Below the pieces are notes generated by a model. It was given only the letters and a program-made list of their open reading frames with translations. It made no database searches and was not told the origin of the DNA. Source: a virus. Taken from it: DNA of 64,000 nt. Positions 1 through 10,913 of the stretch are shown here, piece by piece. Each line of letters begins with the position of its first letter. Position 1 is the first letter of the stretch. Location of the stretch: the IMG/VR virus record IMGVR_UViG_2919361683_000002, positions 81,711 through 145,710 of that record, one strand, 5' to 3'. Made by a program: the position numbers and the translations under genes.

Positions 1-18
1 GGGTTATCAGATGGTCAA

Positions 19-708
19 GTGAAGGCAGAGCGAAAGAAAATCAAAGAAGATATAGTACTAAATCAAGGGGGACGAAATTTCGTCCTCCCCACTAATGGTG
101 GACAACAGGATATACTGACACTAGATATTGATTTTCTACCTCTATGGCTTGCTAAAATCACTATCACCCCAAACATGCGAAAGAATCAACCAGAACTAAC
201 TAGTAAACTAGTTCAGTATCAATTAAAAGCCAAAGATGTTTTAGCTGAAGCGTTTGTACATAATCCAGCACAACAATACTTATCTTTATCGGAGGAAGAC
301 CGTGCGATTGCTTATTTTACGGTTAAGAAAGAACAGAAGCAGTTACAGTTGCAGATTGAAGAGAATAAACCACTGGTTACATTTGCCGAAACCGTTCTTA
401 AATCAAAGGATAATATTCTGGTGCGAGAAATGAGTAAACTTATACAGGATGAAGGAATTAATATTGGCGAAAAGAAATTATATCAGAAACTGCGTGACTG
501 GAATCTTGTATTAACTAATAGGAACGAGCCAACTCAGTATGCAATGAATCAGAAGTTGTTTGTTGTTGAAGAAAAGAGCATAGATACAGCATATGGGGTC
601 AAACTGGTTAAAACAATGAAAATTACTCCAAAAGGACAAATCCGCATAGTAGAGAAGATTAAAAAAGAATACAGTAAGAGTGTTGCCGAAGTAATTCAAA
701 ATACATAA
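19..708 (+). CDS. Phage antirepressor (P22_AR-N-like segment plus KilA-C/ANT domain); probably starts upstream of the window
   Basis: LPLWLAKI...KLVQYQLKAKDVLAEAF, and a C-terminal KPLVTFAETV...IGEKKLYQKLR...PTQYAM...KITPKGQ. Confidence 0.85.
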   Translation: MKAERKKIKEDIVLNQGGRNFVLPTNGGQQDILTLDIDFLPLWLAKITITPNMRKNQPELTSKLVQYQLKAKDVLAEAFVHNPAQQYLSLSEEDRAIAYFTVKKEQKQLQLQIEENKPLVTFAETVLKSKDNILVREMSKLIQDEGINIGEKKLYQKLRDWNLVLTNRNEPTQYAMNQKLFVVEEKSIDTAYGVKLVKTMKITPKGQIRIVEKIKKEYSKSVAEVIQNT

Positions 709-837
709 AAATAAAAGTCTGTATTTGGTGTGAACACTAAAAATTCAAAAAAGATGAATTTTGAAACTGCATTTTATTGAGTTTTGGAGTAAAATAATTA
801 GTCTATGATATACATACAAAATACTTAATCCAAAAGT

Positions 838-1449
838 TTGGGGGTGGCATTATTGAATATTAAAAATCGAGACATGTCATATATGAAAAAATATCAAGAG
901 GTCAACCCCAAACTGTACCTTAGCAAAGGGGTTAAAGTACCTCGTTTCAGAAAAACAAAAAAACAAATAAAGAACAGAATCTTGTACTCTTTAATGTTAT
1001 CAAAAGATATTAAAGTTTCAGAGATGGCTAATTTGGTTGGTGTGACACACAGAACAGCCAACGCATGGATTGTCGATGGAATTATCCCTGCTGATAGCAA
1101 TGTCGAGAAAGTTTGTTCAATTATGGACTATCCTTCTCATATATTATTTAACGATGGTATATTAAAGAGCAGTCCAATAATTTGTTTACCCAAACAGTCC
1201 AAACACTATAAAAGAGTTGTCGCTGTTTCACCAGTCAATAATCATATTCTTTATGGTTTAATGATATTATATGATATTTCATTGAAAGATTTAGCCTCAT
1301 TTTTAAACATAAATATTTCAACGCTCAGAAAATATCTACACAATAATTTTCTACCAGACGAAACAAATCGGAAGAATATATCTGACTTTTTTAAAGTTTC
1401 TGAATCCATACTTTTCTACGATTTTATAGTTAACTCAAATTTGAAGTAA
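838..1449 (+). CDS. Tandem XRE-like HTH DNA-binding protein
   Basis: Two internal repeats, each ending in ILF: ILYSLM..KVSEMANLVGVTHRTANAW and ILYGLM..SLKDLASFLNINISTLRKY. Confidence 0.65.
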   Translation: MGVALLNIKNRDMSYMKKYQEVNPKLYLSKGVKVPRFRKTKKQIKNRILYSLMLSKDIKVSEMANLVGVTHRTANAWIVDGIIPADSNVEKVCSIMDYPSHILFNDGILKSSPIICLPKQSKHYKRVVAVSPVNNHILYGLMILYDISLKDLASFLNINISTLRKYLHNNFLPDETNRKNISDFFKVSESILFYDFIVNSNLK

Positions 1450-1527
1450 AAGATTAATTTGACCAAAACCTTACGCCTGAGATACGATACTAAAGACAGA
1501 ACGAAATCAGACTGAGGCGATTACAAC

Positions 1528-1791
1528 ATGACTTTGCAAAAGTGTAAGAACGAGTTTTGTAATAATGTTATTACTTCTCAATACCCAGAGGCAGAATGTT
1601 GCGATAATTGTTACATGGAGATACTAAGCATTCTCCCTATATTTCACCAGCCTGAAAGTTTAATGCCCTATAAAAAATCTTGGGAAATTAGAGCAAACCC
1701 AAGAATTTGTAAAATGCGACTATGTAAGAATAAGGTATTAGTTCGAGGAATGTGTAGAAAATGTTACTTAGAGTATATGACCAAAAAGTAG
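1528..1791 (+). CDS. Cys-rich (zinc-binding) hypothetical protein
   Basis: Several CxxC/CxxxxC clusters; RBS GAGG upstream. Confidence 0.55.
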   Translation: MTLQKCKNEFCNNVITSQYPEAECCDNCYMEILSILPIFHQPESLMPYKKSWEIRANPRICKMRLCKNKVLVRGMCRKCYLEYMTKK

Positions 1792-1813
1792 ATCGCTTAG
1801 GCGGTCTTTTTTT
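1790..1813 (+). terminator. Intrinsic terminator
   Basis: AGATCGC-TTAG-GCGGTCT followed by a T run. Confidence 0.7.
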
Positions 1814-1920
1814 ATTCAAATAAATAAATATAATGAAATATAGTATTATCTATATACAAAAATAATTAAATGATATATAATAAACACATAGAGAAGGACA
1901 ATACATATGAGGTGATAAGT

Positions 1921-4246
1921 ATGTACAAGGTAACGGTATTTGAGGAGGTATTGGATAATTTTGAGGCGAATATGTATTCGTTCGATGATAAAATAGAAAT
2001 GATTAAATTTGCTGCATTGCGTGAAAATGAAGGTGCAATGGTTGTCATGAGCATTGGTTTAAAACAAATTGTGTAAAACTATATTTTTATTACAATAACG
2101 AAAAAAATGTAAAAATAAAGGAGCCGATTATTATTATGAAAGTGAAATTGACAATTACTATCGAGATTGATGAGAAGAAATATCCTAATCTCACTAAAGA
2201 AACTATTCGGACAGAATTGCAAGGGAACTTTGATCTTTACATGCAGCAAGTCGAAGAGGAAACAAAGAATTTGCTTACAGATATGAATAGAAATGCATCT
2301 AAATGAGGTTTTGTTGGTCTCGATGAAGTTTGTGCTTTGCTGAAAGATTGAATTGAGCCTAAGGAAAATAAAATGATCCTTTTAGAAGGAGAGATTAATA
2401 ATGTCTCAAAGAAAACAATGGTTTGAAAAGTTCATTGGCTGCTGCTTTGGTATAGATGGTGAGGAATACATATTTCAAGGGACATTTACTAATACCGAAA
2501 CGAGCAGTGGCAAACCTTATCAGTATGTATTTGAAGCAGAGGGTAAACCTCAAGTCATCATGACATATAAAGAAGCTCGTACAACTATGGGAGCTATGAT
2601 TGATAAGTATAGTTAATCAAATGAATATTTTAAAGGAAGATAGAGTTAGGAGTGATACAAATAGCTGATATGGAGAAAATGATGAAATTGGCAAAAGAGC
2701 AAGGGATAAAAGTTACAGAGAATAGCGATCAGCCGGGTTTCTTTGTAACTAAAGATGGAGTTAAGAAAAGGGTTGGTACTAAAGAGTTACTCAGCATTTG
2801 TTTTGATCTTGAAAGCCAGTAAAAAGATTATTTCATAAGGGGGCGGAAAAATGTACATGATGTTTGTTTATGTTAACGGTGTAGCTCATAATCACATGGG
2901 GATCAGAGGAGACCTGGAAGAGTTACATGTGAAGGCAGCGGATATATCTAAAGAATACTTTAGAAAAGACTCACATGCTGAAATCAGCACAAAAATTACC
3001 AAGTATATTTGATAAAAGGATTCTTTGATCATGTAAAGTTGAAAAGAAGAGGTGAACAAATGAGTTTGGTTTTTATTAATGATGAAGATACAAGAGAGTT
3101 AATTATGAGTCTTCCAAGTATCAATATTAGAAGGTATGCTTCAGTACTGGGGGTCTATCATCCAAATGGAAATGATATCATCGTCCTGAAAACTAGGTTC
3201 AATAAAGTGATGACAGAAGAAATAAAAGAAAAAGATTTTGAAATATACTCAGACACTAAGCCATGGGGTTACGATTATAGTGAAATGGTATCAAAATTTA
3301 TAATTATAGATCGAAAATTATTAAATAAGCGCCGAAGCGAGAGAATTTTTGATAAGTATCAATAAATGAAATTGAATAGGAGTAATCAGATGAGTAAATT
3401 TGATTTATGGGAACACGGAATTGATTCGTGGACAGGGTATTTTATTATTGAGGCATTAAGTACAGCAGGGGAAAGCAGCCCACTATATCAAAAAGGGTAC
3501 GATCCTTCATCTATGGAAGCAAAATTAATTATTAATGGAGTAGACTTGCCATTAGCTAAAGTATTCGAACACATTGGTGGACAATTCGAAGATATGGTAA
3601 AGAAGAGGGCTGAAGGAATGATTGAGGATAAATTAGACAAAGATTTTATGGATTCACTTCGTTCAATTTCTAGATTAACAGATGAACTTGAAGATAAATT
3701 GAAAATAAAAATAAATAATATTCTTAGTGAATAGAAGTGTTTCTTATGAGGAGATGATCGAATGAATATTAATGAGAAACGAAGGAAGAATTACGAAGAT
3801 GTTAAGAGTCGCTTAAGTGAGATGGAACATGAAGAGTTTATGGAGATCATTGATAAGGTATTTCGATTAATTGAAGCACAAGATAAGAACCCAAAGAATG
3901 ACGATTTTGAATACTTCTTTGAACTACGTGGAAATATCGAACTCTACGAATTGTTGTTACTTGAGCTATCAAAACGAAAAAATCAAGCCATTGCTAACTA
4001 TCAAGATTATTTATAAAAGAAGTATTTTACGGGGAGGAGAGTAATATGAAAGACAAAGAAGAGATGCATAATCAAATACATGATAATTATTATGATGTAT
4101 ATGGAACTGTACCAAATGATGAACAGATAGCAAAAATAGTCGATTCAATACCAGACAAGATCAAAGCTTTAGCGATGAATTGGGGATGGTATGACACAGA
4201 GGTAAGAGAGAGTGTGTATGTGTGGATGAAACAAAATAAAAAGTGA
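1921..4246 (+). other. Array of small hypothetical genes (about 1921-2076, 2136-2306, 2401-2616, 2661-2822, 2851-3012, 3060-3365, 3390-3734, 3762-4016, 4046-4246)
   Basis: Each has a purine-rich RBS. Most are separated by TAAAA-N6-TTTTA or a variant. Confidence 0.7.
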
Positions 4247-4293
4247 GTAAAAGAGTATTTGATAATAAAAAAAGAAGCGACATAAGTCGCAAC

Positions 4294-4548
4294 TTAATCA
4301 AAGTATTTATTAGCAATAACAATTGCTATGCCAATCGCAAGGAAAGTAAAAGCAAACGGCATAGACACAGTGTAGTCATTTAATACTTGAACAAAATCCT
4401 TGTTAAACGAATTGTTGATTTGTGAACTCATAAACTCTTTTGTATCGGGAGTAGTTTTCACTAAATATCTAATTAAATAAACGTAAAAAAGATAAACAAA
4501 GGATAATGCACTTAATCCATAACCCAGATTTTTGATTTTTACTACCAT
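4294..4548 (-). CDS. Small two-TM membrane protein, reverse orientation
   Basis: ATG at 4548 with RBS GGAGAGAGG; two hydrophobic segments. Confidence 0.6.
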   Translation of the reverse strand: MVVKIKNLGYGLSALSFVYLFYVYLIRYLVKTTPDTKEFMSSQINNSFNKDFVQVLNDYTVSMPFAFTFLAIGIAIVIANKYFD

Positions 4549-4649
4549 TGTTATTTTCCTCTCTCCATTTAAGACTAATTTAATTATACTAATATATTTG
4601 TATGATATGCAAATATTGGATTGCAATCAAAGAAGAAGGAGCGAAGAAA

Positions 4650-5045
4650 ATGAAGACAAATATTTTTATATGTGCTGACGGGAAAGAGTTGATTGTTAAA
4701 CATAAAAAGTCAGTAGTGATTTTTGAAATGAATCAAAACCAGATTAACAATAAATATAATGTTACATATAATTTTGAGCTAAAGGATTTCGTTGAGCTGC
4801 TTACTTACATCGAAATGATTGCGAATGAAGTTTGGACTAATTTATTGCCCAAGGAAGCTAACAGTTTAGGATCAGACTATTACGAATACTATGACAAAGT
4901 GCTCGACAATAATGGCTATCTTCGTATCCGAGAAAACACAATTTGTATAGATAGACCAGTATTAGATGGACATAAACTCTATCAATTCAATAAGAAAAGA
5001 ATGGAGTCATTTATTTTTGACTTTAGAAAGCTTATTGCAATCTAG
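4650..5045 (+). CDS. Hypothetical protein
   Basis: RBS AAGGAG; start refined to ATG 4650. Confidence 0.6.
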   Translation: MKTNIFICADGKELIVKHKKSVVIFEMNQNQINNKYNVTYNFELKDFVELLTYIEMIANEVWTNLLPKEANSLGSDYYEYYDKVLDNNGYLRIRENTICIDRPVLDGHKLYQFNKKRMESFIFDFRKLIAI

Positions 5046-6202
5046 TTTTAAATAATGATTTAGAGCATAAGACAAGGGGTTAGGAATGATGATGAAGAGA
5101 ATGTCTGAACAAACCTTGGATGAGTTTAAGATGGATATCTTTAAACAAGCGATTGAATTGAGCGAGATTAAGTCACTTGAAGAAACACTTGAATATGTGT
5201 TCAAGCAAGCTCATGAACGAGACCAGTGGGCTGAAAGCAAAGGAATTATAGAATAGTTATGTTTCGAAAATTATAAGAAAAAGTTGTAGATAAAATAAGT
5301 CTTTTAATAACAATAGTTCATATAACAACGGAGGAATAAACATGTTTACAGTGATCAATACAGAAACCAAACAATACCTTAGAGCAGATTGGGAAGAACA
5401 TCGCGGTCAACTATATACTCATGACATTGATCTAGCTGCCAAGTTCGAAAGTTGGCACGATGCTGAAGATATTACAGAAGTAACAGAACAAGTAGTACCT
5501 CTGTCTAACTAATAAAAATATAATAAAAGGAGAATATTAGATGGATACTTACATGATAGTTGTAGATGGAAAAGTAAAAGAAGAAATCGAAACCGCTGGA
5601 CGTTCCAAAGAAGCAATGAGTTTTGTGTTAATAGATCGTTTCTATCATTGGAGTGGTTTTTCTGCTAATGTGAACATTTACAGTTCTTTAACGGGGAGTG
5701 AGTATCATTATGTTTAAAGCTGGAGCATTAAAAGACAATAAGCTGTGTGTTAGAAATTATGAGGGCAAGTGGATTGAATTACATGTAGCGGCGAAACAAT
5801 ATGAACAGCATAGAAATTTGAAACATACATAATAAAGATAGCCGTAATGTGGTCTTTTTAATAAACAAAAATAATGAATATATTGAAATATATAAAGAAA
5901 TATGTTATGATTTATTTATCGATAGGGAAACATTGTAAAGAAACTAGTAACATAGTATTGTAGAGTTTGAAGAATATTGTATAGAGGTGATACAGAATGA
6001 GTCAGGATAAAAAGAAGATATTTGTTTACGACGAAGCAACTAAAAAGGAAATGGAAGTAGATGTTTCACGCATTGTCGCCTTTCAAGCTAGGACTATTAA
6101 AAGGAAGTCATTGTTGGTGGCTTTCATGGATGATGGCAATCAATACATTATGTTGTAGTAAAAGGTTTATTTTATTCAGTTAATAAAGGAGAGTAAATAA
6201 AA

Positions 6203-6448
6203 ATGGAAAAGAAAACTGCGCATACTTCAGATCGGAAAGAAGCCTATAAATTTGCTTCATTAATAAATGTCTGTTGTGGTGTTGATAATGTCAAAGTTAG
6301 GGTCGAGAATGATACTGAATTTTATGTTGATTTTGATTGTGAGCCAACAGCAGAAAATGAGGTTGCAACTCTGATTTTGACATATGCTTTAAATGGATTG
6401 ATTTTTTATGGTAATGGAGAAATAGAAAGAATTATCTCACAAGGATAG
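6203..6448 (+). CDS. Hypothetical protein
   Basis: ORF with RBS AAGGAG. Confidence 0.55.
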   Translation: MEKKTAHTSDRKEAYKFASLINVCCGVDNVKVRVENDTEFYVDFDCEPTAENEVATLILTYALNGLIFYGNGEIERIISQG

Positions 6449-6478
6449 AACTTTAAAAATTATAAAAGGGGCATTAGT

Positions 6479-6997
6479 ATGTTTGATAAAAATTTATGGA
6501 ATGCACTTAATCCCGGTTCTCATTCATATGATTCATTTGGGGAAAGAGCTGAGAGTTTGGAGAGTTATATAAAGAAAGTTTCCGATTTGGGTTTAAATAT
6601 TCCTACTGATGTAATCGAACAATGGATTTATCGGCATTACGAATATATTGATGCTCGTTATATCAGCCTTGGAATTGAAAAAATGAAATTTGAAAGGGAA
6701 ATATGGGATAGCAATAAGGTTTATTCTAAAATCAATACATTTGAATTCGATAAACTTGGTGGAATGGGGCATAACGTATATGAGGAAGAAAACTGGTTGA
6801 TCAGTTTTATGCTTAAAAATCGTACTTGGCCCAAACCCATTATTGTTCTAGAAAATAATACATTTCCTTCTTGGGGAACTCCCTATCATTTGCTAGAAGG
6901 TCATCAAAGGTTGGATTTTTTTAGAGAAATTTATCAAGAAGAAAGAGATACATTAAAGGATCAACATGAAATTTGGGTTGTGAAACTGATCAAATGA
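6479..6997 (+). CDS. ParB/Srx-fold-like hypothetical protein
   Basis: PKPIIV...YHLLEGHQRL resembles the ParB N-terminal motif. Confidence 0.5.
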   Translation: MFDKNLWNALNPGSHSYDSFGERAESLESYIKKVSDLGLNIPTDVIEQWIYRHYEYIDARYISLGIEKMKFEREIWDSNKVYSKINTFEFDKLGGMGHNVYEEENWLISFMLKNRTWPKPIIVLENNTFPSWGTPYHLLEGHQRLDFFREIYQEERDTLKDQHEIWVVKLIK

Positions 6998-7038
6998 CTG
7001 TTTTACCATGAAAATCTACTGAGGAAAGAGGTATACAT

Positions 7039-7398
7039 ATGTCTAAAGCGCCTTACGGATATCAGATTGTAAATGGAGAAGTGGTTGCACATCCATTTGA
7101 ATCTAAGATAGTTAGGTTAACTTATGGGCTTGCACAGATTGGACTTGATTCTGCTAATATTCAATCTCTGTTGAATGAATTTAAGGTTCCAAGCCGTGGA
7201 AAAGATTATAACTATGACATCGACGGGAATTTACATAAAATATACGTTGCTGGAGCTAAAGTTCTTATTGATCTAATTCAAGAAAAAATCGATAATGAAA
7301 TTGTTTATTTAGATGAAGAAAAAACACAGCCAATCATATCCGCTATTAGTTTAGCAGATATATTAAACAAATACAGAGATTCTGATGAAACTTTGTGA
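7039..7398 (+). CDS. Protein with a large-serine-recombinase DNA-binding (recombinase) domain only
   Basis: APYGYQ...FESKIVR...IQSLLN...VPSRGK; no catalytic resolvase domain. Confidence 0.55.
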   Translation: MSKAPYGYQIVNGEVVAHPFESKIVRLTYGLAQIGLDSANIQSLLNEFKVPSRGKDYNYDIDGNLHKIYVAGAKVLIDLIQEKIDNEIVYLDEEKTQPIISAISLADILNKYRDSDETL

Positions 7399-7768
7399 AT
7401 TGGCTATTTCAAAGGAGACGAACAACTCTGTGGATATAAGTAAAATACAACTAGGTTACACCTACCAAATCAATAATGTTAACAAGAACAACGGCAGAAA
7501 ATGCATTGTCCTTGAGTTTGCGGATAATAACAAAGCAAAAATCAAATTTGTGGACAATAGAAGAATCGGAAAAGTGTCACTACATGATCTGGAAGAAGTA
7601 TCTGAAGTAATGACAAGAGAAGAAAAAGTTACTCAAATGCAGAACAAAAAACTCGAAATAAATATGCTAATTGCAGAAGAGTATGAAAAAATCAAACAAA
7701 TTGAAAAACAAATCGAGGAATATAGAATCGAACTGTTGTGTTGTGAAAATGAATTAACTCAGTTATAG
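7385..7768 (+). CDS. Hypothetical protein (SH3-like N-terminus, coiled-coil C-terminus)
   Basis: ORF overlapping the previous stop; heptad-rich tail. Confidence 0.5.
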   Translation: MKLCELAISKETNNSVDISKIQLGYTYQINNVNKNNGRKCIVLEFADNNKAKIKFVDNRRIGKVSLHDLEEVSEVMTREEKVTQMQNKKLEINMLIAEEYEKIKQIEKQIEEYRIELLCCENELTQL

Positions 7769-7824
7769 TCGTTATCCTAACATACGTTCGGTAAAAGATG
7801 GTTTTATAGAAAGGGTGTGCGACC

Positions 7825-8187
7825 ATGACAGATAAGATCAATCTATACGTAGACGACCTCAGAGACTGTCCAGAAGGCTTTGTGGTCGCTCGTACATACT
7901 ATGAAGCGATACGCATTCTAGAGCACAGAAACGTTGGTATACTTACATTAGACCATGATCTGGGTGAGGATGTGTTTGGTAATGAAATGCCCAATGGATA
8001 TGACTTAGTGAAGTACTTCTGTGAGCATGGACTGAAGGCTGATAAGATTTACATACATACTGATAATCCTGTAGGACGACAGAACATGTATGAGACTCTG
8101 TTGGCTGCTCAGCGGAGAGGATTTATCGATGAGGATATTGAGATATATCATTATCCTATAACGGCGAATAAGTATTCAGGAAATTGA
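7825..8187 (+). CDS. Cyclic-phosphate-processing receiver-like domain protein
   Basis: LYVDDLRDCP...RTYYEAI...LTLDHDLG...GYDLV...HTDNPVG. Confidence 0.7.
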   Translation: MTDKINLYVDDLRDCPEGFVVARTYYEAIRILEHRNVGILTLDHDLGEDVFGNEMPNGYDLVKYFCEHGLKADKIYIHTDNPVGRQNMYETLLAAQRRGFIDEDIEIYHYPITANKYSGN

Positions 8188-8227
8188 TGAAAAACATTCT
8201 TTATAAGATTGACTGGGAGTGAATTAA

Positions 8228-8860
8228 ATGCTAAACATGGGATTAGCTGAAAACGGAGTAGATTCGTTTAAAGCTGCTTTTTTAACAATGAAAAAAATAA
8301 AAGTGCTAGAAGACGGCATAGTACATAATTTAAAAGATGCTGTAATGTCTTTAAATCATGGAATCGAAATACTATTTAAGCTGTTTTTGAAAAGTTATGA
8401 TGAATATCTTATATTTGCAGACATTGATAAATATATGACGGCAAGAAAGACAATGATAGCAAAAAGTTTAGCTAATGTCTTTGAGGCAAACCCACTTCTT
8501 AAAACTGTTACATTAAATGAGGGAATTAGACGAGCCAAGTATTTATGCGGCTATGACATATCGGAAGATTTCGAAACAGTAGTTCAGTACTTAAACAAAA
8601 TAAGAAATCAATTTATGCATTATGAAATAAGTCTCTCTGGCGAAGAGGTTGACGAGCTTCTCTTAAAATTACGAATAGGTTATGAATTGGCTTATGAGTT
8701 TTTTGTTGAATACAATGAAGATCTTAGGGATTTGTTTGATGATGCAAGATATGAAATTACCATAGATGATTATACTGACGAAATTGCTGAGATGCATCGG
8801 AGTTTAATGGAGGAAGAATTAGCTGAGCAGAGATACTTAGTAGAAAAATACGGGATTTAG
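8228..8860 (+). CDS. HEPN-like putative RNase
   Basis: LKDAVMSLNHGIEILFK and the RxxxxH motif RNQFMH. Confidence 0.6.
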   Translation: MLNMGLAENGVDSFKAAFLTMKKIKVLEDGIVHNLKDAVMSLNHGIEILFKLFLKSYDEYLIFADIDKYMTARKTMIAKSLANVFEANPLLKTVTLNEGIRRAKYLCGYDISEDFETVVQYLNKIRNQFMHYEISLSGEEVDELLLKLRIGYELAYEFFVEYNEDLRDLFDDARYEITIDDYTDEIAEMHRSLMEEELAEQRYLVEKYGI

Positions 8861-9161
8861 ATATGGTAAAAGGCATGTTTCATTAAATAATAATTAATTC
8901 ACTTTATAGGGAGGCAATAACTTGGAAGAAGATGTTATGCATAATACGGTGAAACAAATTATCAAAGATATGTTTGAAACTGGCGAGATTTCAATTAAAG
9001 TAGACCAAAAAGATAAATGGGATGCGAGATACTTAGTTGTATCTGTTGATATTGATAGCAAAGTAGTGTTTGAGCACGAGGAATATATCGGTTCAAGTGG
9101 CTGGAGAGATGAGTAAGAGACTGTAAAATGCAAGTTTTACAAGAATGAGTGGAAGTGGGGA

Positions 9162-9947
9162 TTGATTTTTTTGAAAAGGTTTGTGTATTTAGTCCTATTG
9201 ATTGTAGGGCTACCAATCATCTTGAATTATGGTTTATTCTCATGGAGTGCTCCAGGGTTGAATGTAGATGAGAACGCTTGGTTGGGGTTCTTTGCCAACT
9301 ATGTTGGTTTGATTTCTGCTGTGTGTATTGCACTCTACCAACAGTACAATCAAAGAAAGAAAGATAAAGAAGATGAGCATACTCAAAAACTAAAAGAAGA
9401 TGAGCAAGACAGAAAGAGCAATCGTTCCTTTTTGGTACTTCATGATTTTTACGCCAATATAAAATTGAACAATGTTAAAACTCATGAAAACAGCAGAGTA
9501 ATTGAAACGGATGGCTACAAATGGTTGATTGATCACCTAAAACCAGTGGTAAACGTTGATGATGTTAGTACGTCATTTATTAAGCTTTCCCACTATGGCA
9601 ATCCAGGAGTTATATTAGATTGCAAAGTAAATATTGAGGTTAAAAGCTTAAAAGGATTGACTAAGATTAATGTGGATATCGGAGTTTTTGAAAAGGGGAT
9701 AGAAATATTTATCCCTATTGTAACAAGAGATGCCGAATTTGGAGAGACAGTTGATCTTATGCTGGTTAAAGTTACTTATTGTACATTAAGAAATGAGAAA
9801 ATTGAATATACTCACGATCTCTCACAGAAAAAAGATATTTGTAAAGTTCTCCATGAAGGCTATGAAGAAACGTTATATGAATTTCAATTGGATGAATCCA
9901 GTTGGACTTACCCAAACAAACTTATACATGAACAAAATTCACAGTGA
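9162..9947 (+). CDS. Membrane-anchored hypothetical protein
   Basis: Two N-terminal TM segments (WLGFFANYVG), then a soluble domain. Confidence 0.6.
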   Translation: MIFLKRFVYLVLLIVGLPIILNYGLFSWSAPGLNVDENAWLGFFANYVGLISAVCIALYQQYNQRKKDKEDEHTQKLKEDEQDRKSNRSFLVLHDFYANIKLNNVKTHENSRVIETDGYKWLIDHLKPVVNVDDVSTSFIKLSHYGNPGVILDCKVNIEVKSLKGLTKINVDIGVFEKGIEIFIPIVTRDAEFGETVDLMLVKVTYCTLRNEKIEYTHDLSQKKDICKVLHEGYEETLYEFQLDESSWTYPNKLIHEQNSQ

Positions 9948-10215
9948 AATGTAGATTTAATTAAAAAGAATAGGTGATTTACAGAATGCATTGTGAGAAG
10001 TGTGGTAAGAAACTAGAGGATGTGTTAGAACACGTTAAGCACATCCTCCATGAGTGCAATGGATAAAATACATACAAGTAAGGGGAAGCAGCAATAGTGG
10101 ATGAGAAGACAAGAGAAGCACTTAGGAAGGCTGTGTATCCAATTGGTATTGGGGAAGGGTTGAAGGCAAGCGAATTGATCAAAAAGTTGTTGGATCAACA
10201 AAATCAAAATACGAG

Positions 10216-10244
10216 TTGATTTCATGTTTAACGAAAAGTATAAT
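10216..10244 (+). promoter_or_regulatory. sigma-A promoter for a short non-coding transcript
   Basis: TTGATT-17bp-TATAAT. Confidence 0.65.
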
Positions 10245-10250
10245 TAAATC

Positions 10251-10352
10251 AACAAAGAACGAAGCCGTAATGGCAAAACGTACAGCTTCCGTTTTATAAA
10301 ATTATCCGTAGAAGTAGCCTAGTCCCCGCCAAGAGATAGGCTATTTTCTTTT
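10251..10352 (+). ncRNA. Candidate sRNA of about 100 nt with two hairpins
   Basis: Own promoter; hairpin GAAGCCGTA..TACAGCTTC; terminator hairpin TAGCCTA..TAGGCTA plus T tract; no ORF with an RBS. Confidence 0.5.
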
Positions 10353-10391
10353 TTGTAGATAAAATATAATTTTTATTAAAAAGCCTGCCAA

Positions 10392-10913
10392 TTAAATGGC
10401 AGGTTCTTCTTTATGTCCAATGGTTTTTGGAAACCCTAATTGCTCAGCTCTGTGTATAATTTTAATTAATGTATCTAAATCCTCGCTTGCGATAGGTCTT
10501 TCTTTTCTGCCATCACTAATTTCGATTTTCAACTCATTTATTTTATTTGTTTGCATTCGAATTGTTTCCTGCATATTTAGAAATTCCAATCGCAAGTTAT
10601 TTAGTGCGTCGATTGCTTTATCTATTTCTGTCATATAATTTATGTCAGCTTTCATAGTTGTGTTGGTATTTGTATTTTTTATTTTTGTATTTGTCTTATT
10701 ATTCATTCTTTCTTCTTTAGCTGCTTTTATTTCATTCTTATAGTTATGTCTCAAAGCACTGTTCCAGCGAAAACCACATGCTGCCGCTGTACGATTTAGT
10801 TCTCTCCCAACCTCCTGAAATGCGGTTAATTGGGTTTTGTTGCTGCGTATATTGGCTATCACTGTTTTAGCTAGCAGATCGTCATCGGATCGAGACCAAG
10901 CGTCTTGTCGCAT
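10392..10913 (-). CDS. rsfA: RsfA-family (prespore) transcriptional regulator
   Basis: MRQDAWSRSDDDLLAKTV..IR...QL.AF.EVG..LNRT.AACGFRWNS.LR signature. Confidence 0.9.
   Translation of the reverse strand: MRQDAWSRSDDDLLAKTVIANIRSNKTQLTAFQEVGRELNRTAAACGFRWNSALRHNYKNEIKAAKEERMNNKTNTKIKNTNTNTTMKADINYMTEIDKAIDALNNLRLEFLNMQETIRMQTNKINELKIEISDGRKERPIASEDLDTLIKIIHRAEQLGFPKTIGHKEEPAI

Noticed and set aside
10270-10299. Micropeptide MAKRTASVL
   Set aside because: No Shine-Dalgarno sequence, and the start is buried in a hairpin; the ncRNA reading is preferred.
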